Positions 1 to 15,289 are shown, counted from the stretch's first letter. The stretch: DNA of 64,000 nucleotides from Candidatus Eiseniibacteriota bacterium (GCA_963702435.1 CAVPCR010000001.1:928001-992000), one strand, 5' to 3'. Numbers and translations are program-made. Notes: generated by a model not told the origin, from the sequence alone.

Positions 1-1
1 C

Positions 2-268
2 AAGGCGTGGGCGGACATGAGCTCGACCATGCCGGCCATGATGACCCAGATCCAGGGCGAGATCGACAAGGTCACCAAGTCGAAGAAGCTCCCCGCCGCC
101 AAGGTTGACGAGATCAACGCCCAGGTGGCGGGCCTGAACGCGATGTGGTCGGATGCCGCGAACGCGTTCAACTCGGGCAACGTGGCCGATGCGGTTGCCA
201 AGGGCGCGATGGCCAAGGAAGGCGCCAACAAGCTCATGGAGAGCCTCGGCATGCCGATGATGCCGTAG
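2..268 (+). CDS. hypothetical helical protein, 5' truncated by window edge
   Basis: Frame open from base 2 (KAWADMSST...) with GC3-rich codons; TAG stop at 266-268. Confidence 0.7.
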   Translation, partial: KAWADMSSTMPAMMTQIQGEIDKVTKSKKLPAAKVDEINAQVAGLNAMWSDAANAFNSGNVADAVAKGAMAKEGANKLMESLGMPMMP

Positions 269-310
269 CGCCGATCTGATCGAATAGCTGATCGGATAGC
301 AGGCGGCAGC

Positions 311-943
311 ATCTTCAAGCCGTACCTGATCGGAATCGCGGGCCCGTCGTGCGCGGGCAAGAGCGCGATCGCCTCTGGTCTTGCCGAGGCCCTCGCTCCT
401 GCCCTCGACGCGACGCGGCCCGCGATTCTTTCCCTGGACTGGTATTACCGCGATCTCGCCGCGATCGAGCTCGCGGGCCGCGGTCGGCCGAACTTCGACG
501 AGCCGGAGGCGCTCGACTCCGAGCTCATCGCCGAGCACGTGGCCCGGCTCGCCGGCGGGGAGACGATCGGCGCCCCGGACTACGACTTCGCACACCACGC
601 GCGCACGACGCGCACGATCCCCGTCGTTCCCCGCCGCGCGGTGATCATCGAGGGGCTCTTCACCTTCCACTGGGAGCCGGTGCGTGCCCGCCTCGCCGCG
701 CGGATCTTCGTGGCAGCCCCGGAGCAGATCTGTCGTGATCGCCGCCTCGCGCGCGACCAGCGGGAGCGCGGGCGGACTCGCGAGTCGATCGAGCTCCAGT
801 GGCGAGAGATGGTGCTCCCCATGTATGACCGCTACGTCGAGCCGCAGCGCGCGCACGCCACCCTGGTCGTGAACGGCGCCGACCCGGTGGCCGCGTCAAT
901 CGCCGGGATCTACGCCCACGTGGCGCCCGCCCTCGGCGGATAG
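311..943 (+). CDS. udk: uridine kinase (start codon non-canonical or miscalled)
   Basis: The frame of ORF 539..943 extends upstream to IFKPYLIGIAGPSCAGKS (Walker A), LDWYY, NFDEPEA; then PDYDFAHH, IIEGLF, RRLARDQRERGR. Confidence 0.85.
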   Translation: MFKPYLIGIAGPSCAGKSAIASGLAEALAPALDATRPAILSLDWYYRDLAAIELAGRGRPNFDEPEALDSELIAEHVARLAGGETIGAPDYDFAHHARTTRTIPVVPRRAVIIEGLFTFHWEPVRARLAARIFVAAPEQICRDRRLARDQRERGRTRESIELQWREMVLPMYDRYVEPQRAHATLVVNGADPVAASIAGIYAHVAPALGG

Positions 944-962
944 CGCGCGCCGTCCCGCTTCC

Positions 963-1520
963 TCAGCGCTCCGCCACCTCGGCCGTGTACAGGTAGCGCT
1001 TGCGCACGACGTCCATGTGATGGAGCTCGTGCCCGGCGATGATCCAGGGCACCGCGCGTGCAACGTGCGCGCGATCGTTGGCCGTGCCGACCCGCGCCAG
1101 GGCCGCCTCGTCGAGGCTCGCGAAGAGGGCGATCGACGCCGCGCGGACGAGCCGGAGTTCGCTTGCGAGCTCACCGAGGGGGCGCGCGTCGAAACCGGCG
1201 ACCGCGACGTAGGCGTTCTCGTCGAAGCCGGGCAGCGGCGTCGAGTCGCTCCGGGCGAAGCGGAGACCGCGGTAGGCGAAGACACGCTCCGAGTCGATGA
1301 CGTGTCCGACCACTTCCTTGACGCTCCACTTGCCGGGGGCGTAGCGGAAGTGGGCGCGCTCCTCGCTGATCCCGGCGAGGAAGGCCGCCGACTCCTCCAT
1401 CTGGCGCTCGAGAGTCTCGAGGATGTCGCCGTCGGGGACGAGGCGGATGTAGCGTTCGAAGTAGGCTGGGAACTCGGCCGGCGCCGGGCGCCGGCTCCAG
1501 TTCGCCAAGTGCTTCTGCAT
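963..1520 (-). CDS. DinB family protein
   Basis: YAPGKWSVKEVVGHVIDSERVF, LPGFDENAY, IAGHELHH; GGAGG upstream of ATG 1520. Confidence 0.9.
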   Translation of the reverse strand: MQKHLANWSRRPAPAEFPAYFERYIRLVPDGDILETLERQMEESAAFLAGISEERAHFRYAPGKWSVKEVVGHVIDSERVFAYRGLRFARSDSTPLPGFDENAYVAVAGFDARPLGELASELRLVRAASIALFASLDEAALARVGTANDRAHVARAVPWIIAGHELHHMDVVRKRYLYTAEVAER

Positions 1521-1913
1521 GGATCGCTTACCTCCCGGACCCGGCTGCGGGTCGTGACGAGGGGATCGCCGCGGGCTAGCCCAGTCTAGCACGCGTCGCC
1601 ACCGCCTTGCGTCCGCCGAGCTCTCGTGCTAACTTTGAGTTACGCGGTTTGCCGCCGCGCGCTCGCCATTCCCATTCGGCGGGCCGATAGCCCATCCCCA
1701 GACGGGCAAGATGCAGGTGGCTCTCGCTCGCTCCTGCCATTGGCCGCCCGCGCGGCGTCAGGCCGCTGCCGCCGCTTTGTTTCGCTTTGCCTCGAATCGT
1801 CCGCGCCATCTCGTCTCGCCCGCGGCTCCTCGCCGTACCGTGCCCTGGTCCGTTCGTCACCCCTCGCCAGCCACTCCATGCCAAGGCGTTCCCGGCGCCG
1901 CTGGGAGCTCGAC

Positions 1914-6739
<4,826 letters not shown>

Positions 6740-6760
6740 CGTGTCAACCACGATGAACCG

Positions 6761-6790
6761 CGGAGGCCCCGCCGCCGGGCGGGGCCTCCG
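6761..6790 (+). terminator. GC-rich hairpin (13-bp perfect stem) between C25 and M14 genes
   Basis: CGGAGGCCCCGCC-gccg-GGCGGGGCCTCCG; no U-tract. Confidence 0.5.
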
Positions 6791-6832
6791 GCACCAGAGG
6801 CATCGCCCAGGGCCATCGCCAGAGGAATCGTC

Positions 6833-9406
6833 ATGATCCGCTTGAGCTCTCTGCTCCTCGCCGGCCTCGTCCTCGCCGCCGGTGTCGCCGCCTCCGGTCT
6901 GGCCGCCGCCGCCGGGCCGATCCCGGTCGATGACCGCGGCCTCAAGCTGTGGGAGGTGCGCGAGTATGCGGACTTCCCCGTCCAGTTCGCGGCGGCGGAT
7001 GCGGCCGCGCTCGGCGAGCTCCTCGCGCGCGTCCCGCTCGCCGAGTTCGACCGCGAGCACGTGCGGATCGTGAGCGACGGCGCCGGAGTGCGCCGCCTCG
7101 TCGTCGAGACGCGGGTCACGGCCGCGGAGGCGGACGCCCTCACCCGGGCCGGGGTCACCTGGGCGCGGCTCCCCGATCGCGAGCAGGAAGCGCGCCGCGA
7201 GATGGAGCGGGTGTGGGCGGAGCAGGCGGCGAAGGGCGGCGATGAGTTCCAGTTCGGGAAGCTCGCCGTCTACCACACCTACGCGCAGATCGGGCAGATC
7301 CTCCAGCAGACCGCGCTCGACCATCCGGCGATCGCCGCCTCGGGCTCGATCGGCCAGTCGGTGAACGGGCGGGAGCTCTGGTCGATCACGATCAGCGACA
7401 ACGTGGCGGGCGAGGAGGCCGAGCCCGAGGTGCGGCTCGCGAGCACGATCCACGGCAACGAGCCGCCGGGCCTCGAGATGCTCCTCTTCCTCGTCGACCA
7501 TCTGACCACCAATTACGGGATCGACCCCGCGGTGACCAACCTGGTCGACAACTACGAGATCCACATCGTGCCCTGCCTGAACCCTGACGGCCTGGTCGCC
7601 GGCGTGCGGCGGAACGCCCACAATGTCGACATCAACCGCAATTTCCCGGTGCCGGACGGCACGATCGGCGACGACGGGACCTGGACCGAGGAGCAGGAGA
7701 CCATCGTCATCAAGAACCACGGCTACGCGCACAGCTTCGTGCTCAGCGAGAACGGGCATGCCGGGGCCCTCGTCGTCAACTACCCGTGGGACTACCAGGC
7801 GCCGCTCGCTCCCGACAACAGCGCGCTCATCAAGCTCGCCCTCGAGTACTCGACCTACAACCTGCCCATGTACAACGGCAGCTTCTATCACGGGATCACG
7901 AACGGCTACGCCTGGTACGAGGTGAACGGGTCGCTGCAAGACTGGGCCTACCACGAGACCGGGGCGATGGACAACACGATCGAGTGCAGCAACGCCTTCA
8001 TCCCGCCCGCGAGCCAGCTCGACCAGCTGTGGATCGAGAACCGCGAGAGCTTCATGCACTTCGTCAAGGCGGCGCGCTACGGGGTGAACGGTGTGGTGAC
8101 CGATGCGCAGACCGGGCTCCCGCTCTTCGCCACCGTGAGCGTCGCCGGCAACACGAAGCCGGTCTTCACCGACCCCGACCGCGGCGACTACTACAAGCTC
8201 CTCGATACGGGCAGCTACTCGCTCACCTTCTCCTCGCCGGGCTACGTGCCGCAGACGATCACCGGGGTAGCGACGACCTGGGGCGCGCCGACCGTCCGCA
8301 ACGTGGCGCTCCAGCCGGAGCTCACGAGCCATGTCGCCGGGCACGTGCGGACGACGGGCGGGAGCGGCCTCGACGCGACGATCGCGATCCGCACCCATCC
8401 GGCGGGGACTCCGGTCACGACGGTGTACGCGAGCGCGGCGGCGGGCGGCGCCTATGCGGTGGACCTCATCTATGGCGACTATCGCTTCGATGTATCGAGC
8501 ACGGGCTACGCGCCGGCGAGCGAGGTCGTGACCGTGAACGACCCGACCGAGACCTTCGACTTCGTGCTCGAGGAGAGCGACGAGGTGATCCTCGCGTTCG
8601 ACGACTTCGAAGCCGGGGCCGGGCAGTGGGCCGGCGGCTGGGGGCTCACCACGACGAGCGCGCACAGCCCGACCCACTCGATGACCGACAGCCCGGCCGG
8701 GAACTACCCGGCCAACGTGACCAACCCGTGCGCCATGAGCGCGCCGGTCGATCTCACGCAGGTCACGGCGGCGACCCTCACCTTCTGGGCGCGCTGGGAT
8801 ATCGAGACCGACTGGGACTCGGCAAGGTTCGAGATCTCGACCGATGGCGGGACGAGCTGGGCGGCGGTCGCCACCAACCGCACGGTGCCGGGGAGCGGCC
8901 AGGGCACGCAGGTGCCGGCCGGGGTGCCGGTGTTCGAGGGCACGCAGCTCGCGTGGGTCGAGAACACGGTCGATCTCGCACCGTGGCTCACGCGGAGCGA
9001 CGTGCGCTTCCGCTTCCTCTTGCGAAGCGACGGCTCGTCGCAGCGGGACGGCTTCTACTTCGACGACTTCGCGATTCGCGGACCGCGAGCGGCACAGGGG
9101 ATTGACGAACTCGCGGTTGGCGAACTCGCAGCACCCGCAGTTCGCATATGGCTGGCCAGCCCGTTCGCCCCGGGCGGGACGATCCGCGTCACGACGCGCG
9201 AGGCGGCCCCGGCACGGCTCCTCCTCCACGATGTCGCGGGGCGGCTCGTGCGCGTCCTCGCCGCGGGCGACTGGACGGCCGGCGAGCACGCGATCTCGTG
9301 GGACGGGCGGACCGGAAGCGGCGCCGCAGCGCCGCGCGGGGTCTACTTCCTCCGGGTCGAGAGCGGAGGCAGGAGCGATACGGCGCGTCTCCTCCTCCTC
9401 GACTGA
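6833..9406 (+). CDS. M14 zinc carboxypeptidase with CarboxypepD_reg, jelly-roll and FlgD-like CTD
   Basis: Signal peptide; SIGQSVNGREL, IHGNE, NPDG, RRNAHNVDINRNF, HAGALVVNYPWD, GSLQDWAY; CTD WDGRT..GVYFLRV. Confidence 0.92.
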   Translation: MIRLSSLLLAGLVLAAGVAASGLAAAAGPIPVDDRGLKLWEVREYADFPVQFAAADAAALGELLARVPLAEFDREHVRIVSDGAGVRRLVVETRVTAAEADALTRAGVTWARLPDREQEARREMERVWAEQAAKGGDEFQFGKLAVYHTYAQIGQILQQTALDHPAIAASGSIGQSVNGRELWSITISDNVAGEEAEPEVRLASTIHGNEPPGLEMLLFLVDHLTTNYGIDPAVTNLVDNYEIHIVPCLNPDGLVAGVRRNAHNVDINRNFPVPDGTIGDDGTWTEEQETIVIKNHGYAHSFVLSENGHAGALVVNYPWDYQAPLAPDNSALIKLALEYSTYNLPMYNGSFYHGITNGYAWYEVNGSLQDWAYHETGAMDNTIECSNAFIPPASQLDQLWIENRESFMHFVKAARYGVNGVVTDAQTGLPLFATVSVAGNTKPVFTDPDRGDYYKLLDTGSYSLTFSSPGYVPQTITGVATTWGAPTVRNVALQPELTSHVAGHVRTTGGSGLDATIAIRTHPAGTPVTTVYASAAAGGAYAVDLIYGDYRFDVSSTGYAPASEVVTVNDPTETFDFVLEESDEVILAFDDFEAGAGQWAGGWGLTTTSAHSPTHSMTDSPAGNYPANVTNPCAMSAPVDLTQVTAATLTFWARWDIETDWDSARFEISTDGGTSWAAVATNRTVPGSGQGTQVPAGVPVFEGTQLAWVENTVDLAPWLTRSDVRFRFLLRSDGSSQRDGFYFDDFAIRGPRAAQGIDELAVGELAAPAVRIWLASPFAPGGTIRVTTREAAPARLLLHDVAGRLVRVLAAGDWTAGEHAISWDGRTGSGAAAPRGVYFLRVESGGRSDTARLLLLD

Positions 9407-9433
9407 TGGAGGCCGGGCTCACGCGGCCCGGAC

Positions 9434-9838
9434 TCAGGGATGCTGGCGCAAGAGGGTCCAGAATCCTCTCGGGTCCACAATACGCAGCGGTGCGCTATCG
9501 GCCAGGTCGAGGAGATCCTGGTCACCGGTCACCAGCACGTCCGCTCGGCCCGCCACTGCGCTCGCCAGCACCCACTGGTCGTCCGGGTCGCGAACCGCCA
9601 GGTCAAGCCGACCTCTGGGCCGCGGAACGACTTCGCTTTCCCGAAGGAGCTGCTCGATGGCCTCCACGGTTGCCGCGGGCAGCTTGAGCTTCACGCGCAA
9701 CACCCGCCGCAACTCCTTCAGGATCACTTCACCGACGACCAGCTCATGTTCAGCAAGAACATGACGCATGACATCGGCACAGAGCCCCCTGGTCGCGAAC
9801 GCGCTGACCAGCACGTTGGTGTCCAGGAACACCCTCAC
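9434..9838 (-). CDS. PIN-domain toxin (VapC-like)
   Basis: MRVFLDTNVLVSA, RDPDDQWVLASA, VTGDQDLL. Confidence 0.92.
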   Translation of the reverse strand: MRVFLDTNVLVSAFATRGLCADVMRHVLAEHELVVGEVILKELRRVLRVKLKLPAATVEAIEQLLRESEVVPRPRGRLDLAVRDPDDQWVLASAVAGRADVLVTGDQDLLDLADSAPLRIVDPRGFWTLLRQHP

Positions 9839-10053
9839 GAAACGTCCCGGGCGACGTCCTCGTCCGTCAGATACCCTCTCGCTTCGGCGAACGGCAGCAC
9901 CTGGCGACGGAGTTGCTCGAACCGGAAGATGCTCAGCTGCCGCTGCAGGGCCTCCCGGACGATCTCGCTCCGAGTTCGGCCGGTCTGCCGCGCCAGCCGG
10001 CTCAGGAGCTTGCTCAGGTCGGGATTCAGGCGGATGGTGATCGTATTGCTCAT
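9835..10053 (-). CDS. ribbon-helix-helix (CopG-like) antitoxin
   Basis: TITIRL...LARQTGRTRSEIVREAL; stop overlaps the toxin start by 4 bp. Confidence 0.88.
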   Translation of the reverse strand: MSNTITIRLNPDLSKLLSRLARQTGRTRSEIVREALQRQLSIFRFEQLRRQVLPFAEARGYLTDEDVARDVS

Positions 10054-10090
10054 GTCAGACATTGTAAGACAGGCCCAGCCTTCTGGTCAA
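10052..10090 (-). promoter_or_regulatory. sigma70-like promoter with overlapping operator repeat
   Basis: TTGACC-N18-TACAAT-7nt-ATG; TGTCTTACA/TGTCTGACA repeat covers the -10 and the start. Confidence 0.7.
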
Positions 10091-10104
10091 TGGGCCGCCG
10101 GCCG

Positions 10105-10749
10105 CTACTTCCGGAGCAGCTTGAACGCGTGGTTCCAGCCGCCGGTCGCCAGCGCGTAGCACACCCACAGGATGCACAGCGGCTCGAGGAGCCGCGCGCC
10201 CTCGATCCCGCCGACGTCGATCGTCGGCCAGCCGAAGGCGCGGCAGATGTCGGTGACCGTCTTCTTGGCCGCGGCGTCGTTCCCGCAGATGAACATGTCG
10301 GGCGGGCCGCCGGGGAAGCTCGGGTTCACCATGTGTGCGTGGCCGACCGTGTTGTAGACCTTGACCACGCGGGCCGCCGGCAGCCAGCGCTGCACCTGCT
10401 CACCGCCCGAGTCGGTGTGGCCGAGCGCGAGCGACGGGGGCGCGCCCGGCGTGAAGACAAGCGGGTTGGTCGCGTCCATCACCACCTTGTCCGCGCAGTT
10501 GGCGGCACAGGCGAGGCGGATCGCGCTCTCGGTGCCCGACCACAGGGTGGCAAGAACGAGGACCTCGCCGAAGCTAGCGGCCTCGGCGAAGGTGCCGGCC
10601 CGGGCGAGCGGTCCTGTCTTCGCGACCCACCCCTGCACCTTCTCGCTCTGCGGATCGCGCGAGCCCATCATGACGTCGTGGCCAAGCTGGGTAAAGCCGG
10701 CGCCAAGGGCCCGGCCGACATCGCCGGTGCCGAGAATCCCCACCTTCAT
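10105..10749 (-). CDS. NADPH-dependent F420 reductase / dinucleotide-binding oxidoreductase
   Basis: MKVGILGTGDVG, MGSRDP, MDATNPL, SGGEQVQ, VVKVYNT, ICGND. Confidence 0.9.
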   Translation of the reverse strand: MKVGILGTGDVGRALGAGFTQLGHDVMMGSRDPQSEKVQGWVAKTGPLARAGTFAEAASFGEVLVLATLWSGTESAIRLACAANCADKVVMDATNPLVFTPGAPPSLALGHTDSGGEQVQRWLPAARVVKVYNTVGHAHMVNPSFPGGPPDMFICGNDAAAKKTVTDICRAFGWPTIDVGGIEGARLLEPLCILWVCYALATGGWNHAFKLLRK

Positions 10750-10774
10750 CGCGTGCTCTCCTCCGTTCGATCCT

Positions 10775-11275
10775 CTATTCGGTGACGGTGAGATCGAGGC
10801 CGAGCTGCGTTGCAAAGCGGCTCAGGTCGTCCACCGTTTCCTTGCTGGGCATCTCGGTGTTGGCGACGCGGGCCGACCAGCGGATCTTCTCGCCGGCCGG
10901 GAGCTTCCTCAGCTTCGACTTGAGGGCCGACACCCCTTCCACGGAGATCTCCGCAATCTTGACCTCATCGAACGAGCGGAGCCGATTCGCACCGGGGAGG
11001 ATCGAGAAGTGCCAGGCCCCGCCGGCATTCCAGCTGTAGAGGTCGTACCCGGCCTGAGCGGCCGGCGCGGCGGCGGGATCGATGTCGGCGGCGGCATTCG
11101 CGGCCTTGGCGGGCGCCGCCGTCGTGGTGGGCGCGGCCGTCTTCGCGGGCTCCGCCGTCTTCGCGGGCTCCGCGGCGGTGGTCGTCGCCGGCATCCCGCC
11201 CGAGCGGCATCCGGCGAGCGACAGGACGAGGATCGAGAAAGCAATCAGCATGAGAGCGAGCGAGCGACGCATCAT
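10775..11275 (-). CDS. hypothetical lipoprotein
   Basis: Lipobox LAGC; Ala/Thr/Pro linker (AEPAKT x2); GYDLYSW domain; GGAGG RBS. Confidence 0.75.
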   Translation of the reverse strand: MMRRSLALMLIAFSILVLSLAGCRSGGMPATTTAAEPAKTAEPAKTAAPTTTAAPAKAANAAADIDPAAAPAAQAGYDLYSWNAGGAWHFSILPGANRLRSFDEVKIAEISVEGVSALKSKLRKLPAGEKIRWSARVANTEMPSKETVDDLSRFATQLGLDLTVTE

Positions 11276-11446
11276 CCTTCCACCTCCTCGCGAACAGATC
11301 CGAACGCTGGCTCTGGACCGCGAGGAGTCTAGCCGCGCCGGCGGCCGCTGCCAAGACGTGGCCAGGACGTGGCCAGGACGCGGCCAAGGCGGCTTGCGGC
11401 CCGGCCGCCGCGGCGCCTATCTTCCCGGTCGAGGAGGAGGGGAACC

Positions 11447-12207
11447 ATGAAGAGTCGGGCGTCACGCATCACGATGCTCGTCGCCTGCGCGGTGCTCGTT
11501 CTCGCTGCCTGCGGCAAGAAGGAGGAACCGGCGCCCGGCGCGCACGGCGACGCCGGGTCGCGGCGCAGCCGGCGGCCGGCTCGGACGATCGCGCGAAGCT
11601 CCTCGCCGGGGCCTGGGTGCGCGCGGCGGAGCCCGGACGGGCGCGGGCGGGCCTCTACTTCGGACCGGACGGGCTCTTCCGCCGGTTCGGCACCGTGAGC
11701 GCGAGCGGTCTCGCGTGGTCGGCGGCAGGAGACTCGCTCCGACTCACCACGAACAGCGAGCGCTACCCGGAGCCGGAGGAGATCCGCTACCGGATCGGCG
11801 AACTCTCGGCGTCGTCGCTCACGCTCGCGGGCATGGGCCCGATCGCCGGCACCTACGCGCACGACAACGGGGCCTCTGCGCTCGTCACCGGGAACGTGAC
11901 CTATCGCGAGCGGATCGCGCTGCCGCCGACCGCCATCGTCCAGGTGACATTACAAGATATCTCGCGGCAGGACGCGCCGGCGACACTCCTCGCCCGCGAG
12001 ATCATCGTGACGGGCGGGCGGCAGGTACCGATCGCGTTCACGCTCGCCTACGACGCGGACGTGATCGACTCGCGCTCCACCTACGCGGTGGCCGCGCGCA
12101 TCACGGACCAGGGGAAGCTCCTCTTCATCAATGACACGGTCCATCCGGTGATCACGCGCGAGGCTCCGTTGCAGGTCGAGGTTCTGGTCAAGCCGGTCGG
12201 ACGCTGA
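11447..12207 (+). CDS. YbaY-family lipoprotein (frameshift near 11540-11560)
   Basis: Lipobox LAAC in one frame; VTGNVTYRERIALPP, VTLQDISRQDAPA, QVPIAFTLAYD in another. Confidence 0.8.
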
Positions 12208-12247
12208 GCGGCCGGGCGAGAAGTCGCATCGCCGCGTCGTATCGCGC

Positions 12248-12646
12248 TCACTCCCCGTACCAGGGCTCGATCGCGGCCACGTAGTCGAGGCGGGCGAGCC
12301 GGACGAGGACGTCCCGATAGCCGGGCTGGTGCGTGCTGCCCACGCAGAGGTATTGCTCCGCACTGCAGCCGATCCGCCCGCGGGCCCCGCGCTGGACTTC
12401 GACCGTGCGATCGATGGCCGTGACCTCGGCCACGGCGGCCTCGGTCGCCGGGATGCAGAACTCGTAGCTCACGGCGCGGAGGCCGTCCGCCGGCCCGGTC
12501 AGGCCATCGGCGTTGATCGCCGCGAGATCGAGATGCACCTTGGCGAGCGCCGCCGCATCCTGCGTGCTGCTCCGGCCGCCGGCGCAGGAGAGAAGGAGCG
12601 CCGCCGCGCCGAGCGTGAACGCAAGCAGCTGTCGCAACCTCATCAC
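12248..12646 (-). CDS. hypothetical lipoprotein
   Basis: Lipobox [23 protein letters not shown]; start overlaps the ppa stop. Confidence 0.75.
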   Translation of the reverse strand: MMRLRQLLAFTLGAAALLLSCAGGRSSTQDAAALAKVHLDLAAINADGLTGPADGLRAVSYEFCIPATEAAVAEVTAIDRTVEVQRGARGRIGCSAEQYLCVGSTHQPGYRDVLVRLARLDYVAAIEPWYGE

Positions 12647-13260
12647 TCCTCGGCCGGGAACGACTCCCGGTAGTCCTCGATCGCCGCCACGATCACCGCC
12701 TCCGCCTGCGCCCGCGCGTACGTCGGACCCACGTGCACGCGCGCCTCCTCCCCCTGGAGGAGCTTGTAGGTCATGAAGTAGTGGCGCAGGCGATCGACCA
12801 GTGGATGCGGCACCTGAGCGATGTCTTCGATGTCCGCCCAGAACGGATCACTCTCGAGGACGGCGATGATCTTGTCGTCGGCCTTGCCGCCGTCGAGCAT
12901 CGGGAGCCCGCCCACGACCCGCGCCGGCACCACGATCTCGGCGCGTCCGATCGGCCGCTCGCTCAAAACGCAGATGTCGAGCGGATCGCCGTCGCCGCCG
13001 CTCGCTCCCGCCATCAACCGGCCGACGCGCGCGCCGGAGTAGGTGCGCGGCATGAAGCCGTAGAGCGCCGGCGGTTGCGCCGACGTCCGCTGCGGGCGAT
13101 CGACCCGCAGGTAGCCGCTCTCCTTGTCGAGCTCGTACTTGACGAGATCGAAGGGCGTGATCTCGATGTACGCGTTCACACGGTGCGGCGGTGCCGGACC
13201 GATCGAGAGCCCGTGCCAGGGATGCGGCCGAAAACGCGAGAAGTCCGGTCTGCTGCCCAT
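12643..13260 (-). CDS. ppa: inorganic pyrophosphatase (family I)
   Basis: [45 protein letters not shown] before ATG 13260. Confidence 0.93.
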   Translation of the reverse strand: MGSRPDFSRFRPHPWHGLSIGPAPPHRVNAYIEITPFDLVKYELDKESGYLRVDRPQRTSAQPPALYGFMPRTYSGARVGRLMAGASGGDGDPLDICVLSERPIGRAEIVVPARVVGGLPMLDGGKADDKIIAVLESDPFWADIEDIAQVPHPLVDRLRHYFMTYKLLQGEEARVHVGPTYARAQAEAVIVAAIEDYRESFPAEE

Positions 13261-13299
13261 CCCCTCCCCTGTCATCATCGCCGCTCCTGGACCCCGAGG

Positions 13300-13400
13300 A
13301 GCCGCGGCCGAGCCGCTCATCGCGCGCCGCATGGACGACGCCCATGGAGCCCGGGCCGAGCTCGCGCTCGATCTGATCGGGACCGATCTATCGTGGACAT
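13300..13400 (-). pseudogene. N-terminal relic of a Hanks-type Ser/Thr kinase
   Basis: Translates [28 protein letters not shown] (degenerate subdomain I); no further kinase sequence follows. Confidence 0.65.
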
Positions 13401-13583
13401 GGCCTGGGGGAACCGGGACTCGGGGGATTCTACCATCAGGCCTGCGGCACGGGCGGCGCGAAAACTTGCTGAGGAGAGGCAGCGATTGTGGTACAAAGCA
13501 GCATCGAAGCCGGTTCACGCAGCGGTGGCGCGACATCCGTGCACGGCATGGCAGGCAGAGCAGCTGTTATCGAGGAGGTTCTC

Positions 13584-14114
13584 ATGGCGACCTTCGTTGA
13601 ACGGATGATCGGGGCGGCCAGGCTCAGCGTTCCCACTTACGAGGAGGTCGAGAACGACCCCGGCGCCACCGGGCAGGCTCTCCTGGTCGTCGCGCTCTCG
13701 AGCCTCGCCTCCGGCGTCGCCCTGCGCGGGGAAGGCGGCCAGGGGTTCATCGCCGGCCTGATCGGCGCCCTCGCCGGCTGGGTGATCTGGGCGTTCACGA
13801 CCTACGTCATCGGCACGCGCATCCTGCGCACACCCGAGACGCAGGCGAATCTGGGACAGCTCCTGCGCACGATCGGATTCGCACAGGCGCCCGGGATCCT
13901 GCGCGTGCTCGGCTTCCTGCCGTTCCTCCGCTGGATCGTCCTCTCGGTGACCGGGATCTGGATCATTGCCGCCTTCGTCATCGCCGTGCGGCAGGCCCTC
14001 GACTACAGGAGCACCGGGCGAGCCCTCCTCGTCTGCCTGCTCGGGTTTGTCTTCTACATCGTGGTGTTCGGGATCTTCATGCGACTCCTCGGCGTCGCCA
14101 TGCCGGGCATGTAG
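13584..14114 (+). CDS. Yip1-family membrane protein
   Basis: ERMIGAARL..YEEVE.D..ATGQA, LLRTIGFAQAPG, AVRQALDY; GAGGAGG RBS. Confidence 0.8.
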   Translation: MATFVERMIGAARLSVPTYEEVENDPGATGQALLVVALSSLASGVALRGEGGQGFIAGLIGALAGWVIWAFTTYVIGTRILRTPETQANLGQLLRTIGFAQAPGILRVLGFLPFLRWIVLSVTGIWIIAAFVIAVRQALDYRSTGRALLVCLLGFVFYIVVFGIFMRLLGVAMPGM

Positions 14115-14132
14115 TCGGGCGGAGTTCGCGCC

Positions 14133-14645
14133 TCAGCGCAGGCCGCGCAGTAGCTTCGCCGTCGTCACGAGCTGCCCGACGTGCCGCTGCGCATGCTCTG
14201 CGGCGTGGAAGAGAAGGCCGATCACGTTGGTGGGGAGCGCCGCCCGTCCCACGGCGCGCGCCTCGAGGAGCTTCTCGCGCGGCGTCGCGCGGAGTTGCGC
14301 GAGAGCGTCGGTGATCGCCCGGTCGAGCGAGTCGAGCAGCGCAGCCGCCGTCGGCGGCGCCGATCCGGGAACCGCTTCCGCCTTGGCCGCCGCGAACTGC
14401 TCCGGCGTGAGCGCCACCCCGCGCGCGTAGGTCAGGAGCCGCTCGGTGGCGCCCGCCATGTGCCGCAGGTGGAAGCCGATCGAGGCCGCCTCCCCCGGCG
14501 GCGTCGCCCACAGCTCGGCGACCGTCAGATCGGCGGCCGCGCGCGCCGCATCCTCGCCGGCCTGGATGAAGGCGTGGGCCGCCGGCACCAGCAGGGGATC
14601 AACGCCGGGAACGGGACCGCGAAGCCAGGCATCGGGTTCGGCCAT
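14133..14645 (-). CDS. DinB family protein
   Basis: WLRGPVPG, SIGFHLRH, HAAEHAQRHVGQ. Confidence 0.85.
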   Translation of the reverse strand: MAEPDAWLRGPVPGVDPLLVPAAHAFIQAGEDAARAAADLTVAELWATPPGEAASIGFHLRHMAGATERLLTYARGVALTPEQFAAAKAEAVPGSAPPTAAALLDSLDRAITDALAQLRATPREKLLEARAVGRAALPTNVIGLLFHAAEHAQRHVGQLVTTAKLLRGLR

Positions 14646-14693
14646 GGGGCACCTCCTTGTCGCGTTGCTCCTTGTCGTGTTGCCTGCGGCGAT

Positions 14694-15137
14694 TCAAATA
14701 CTGCGGTCGTCCGCCACATATCGCGGCCGACTCGGGGGCGGCGCCTCGCGATAGGCTGCGCGCTCGAAGACGTTGTCGTGGTAGAAGTGCCCGCCGCGCG
14801 CCGCGGCGGCGATCGACGCCACCACGTACGCGGGAATGAAGAACGGCCCCCAGCGCTCGTACTGGCGGACGTGCACGCGCTCGTGCCGGCGGCTCCACTC
14901 GAGACACTCCTCGTCCTGGGCGAGGACGACGTGTCCAAGCGTCATCGCCGCCGCGCCGCGCGCGATGGGGACGCCGCGGGCGAGGACGCGCGCGACGATG
15001 CCGCCGTGGGCCTCGATCACACCTCCGCGCCGGCACACGCGGCCGCCGCTCGCCGCGGCGAGGGCGACGGCGGCCAGGCCGAGGAGGGTGGCGGGTAAAG
15101 CCCAGAGACGGGCGAGGAGAGCGAGCGATCGGTTCAT
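14694..15137 (-). CDS. small HExxH putative zinc metallopeptidase
   Basis: AMTLGHVVL, RRHERVHVRQYERWG, NVFERAA. Confidence 0.75.
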   Translation of the reverse strand: MNRSLALLARLWALPATLLGLAAVALAAASGGRVCRRGGVIEAHGGIVARVLARGVPIARGAAAMTLGHVVLAQDEECLEWSRRHERVHVRQYERWGPFFIPAYVVASIAAAARGGHFYHDNVFERAAYREAPPPSRPRYVADDRSI

Positions 15138-15289
15138 GGGCGGGCTCGATGATGGGCCATGCGCGATGCCGGTTCAAGGAGCGGCCGGCGGGGCGAGGCA
15201 CGAGGCCGGCTCGATGCCCCCCGGCCTTGACGGCCTTGACGGAACCGCCCCTGCCCTGCCATCATTATGGGAGATATGGGCGTCCGCTA

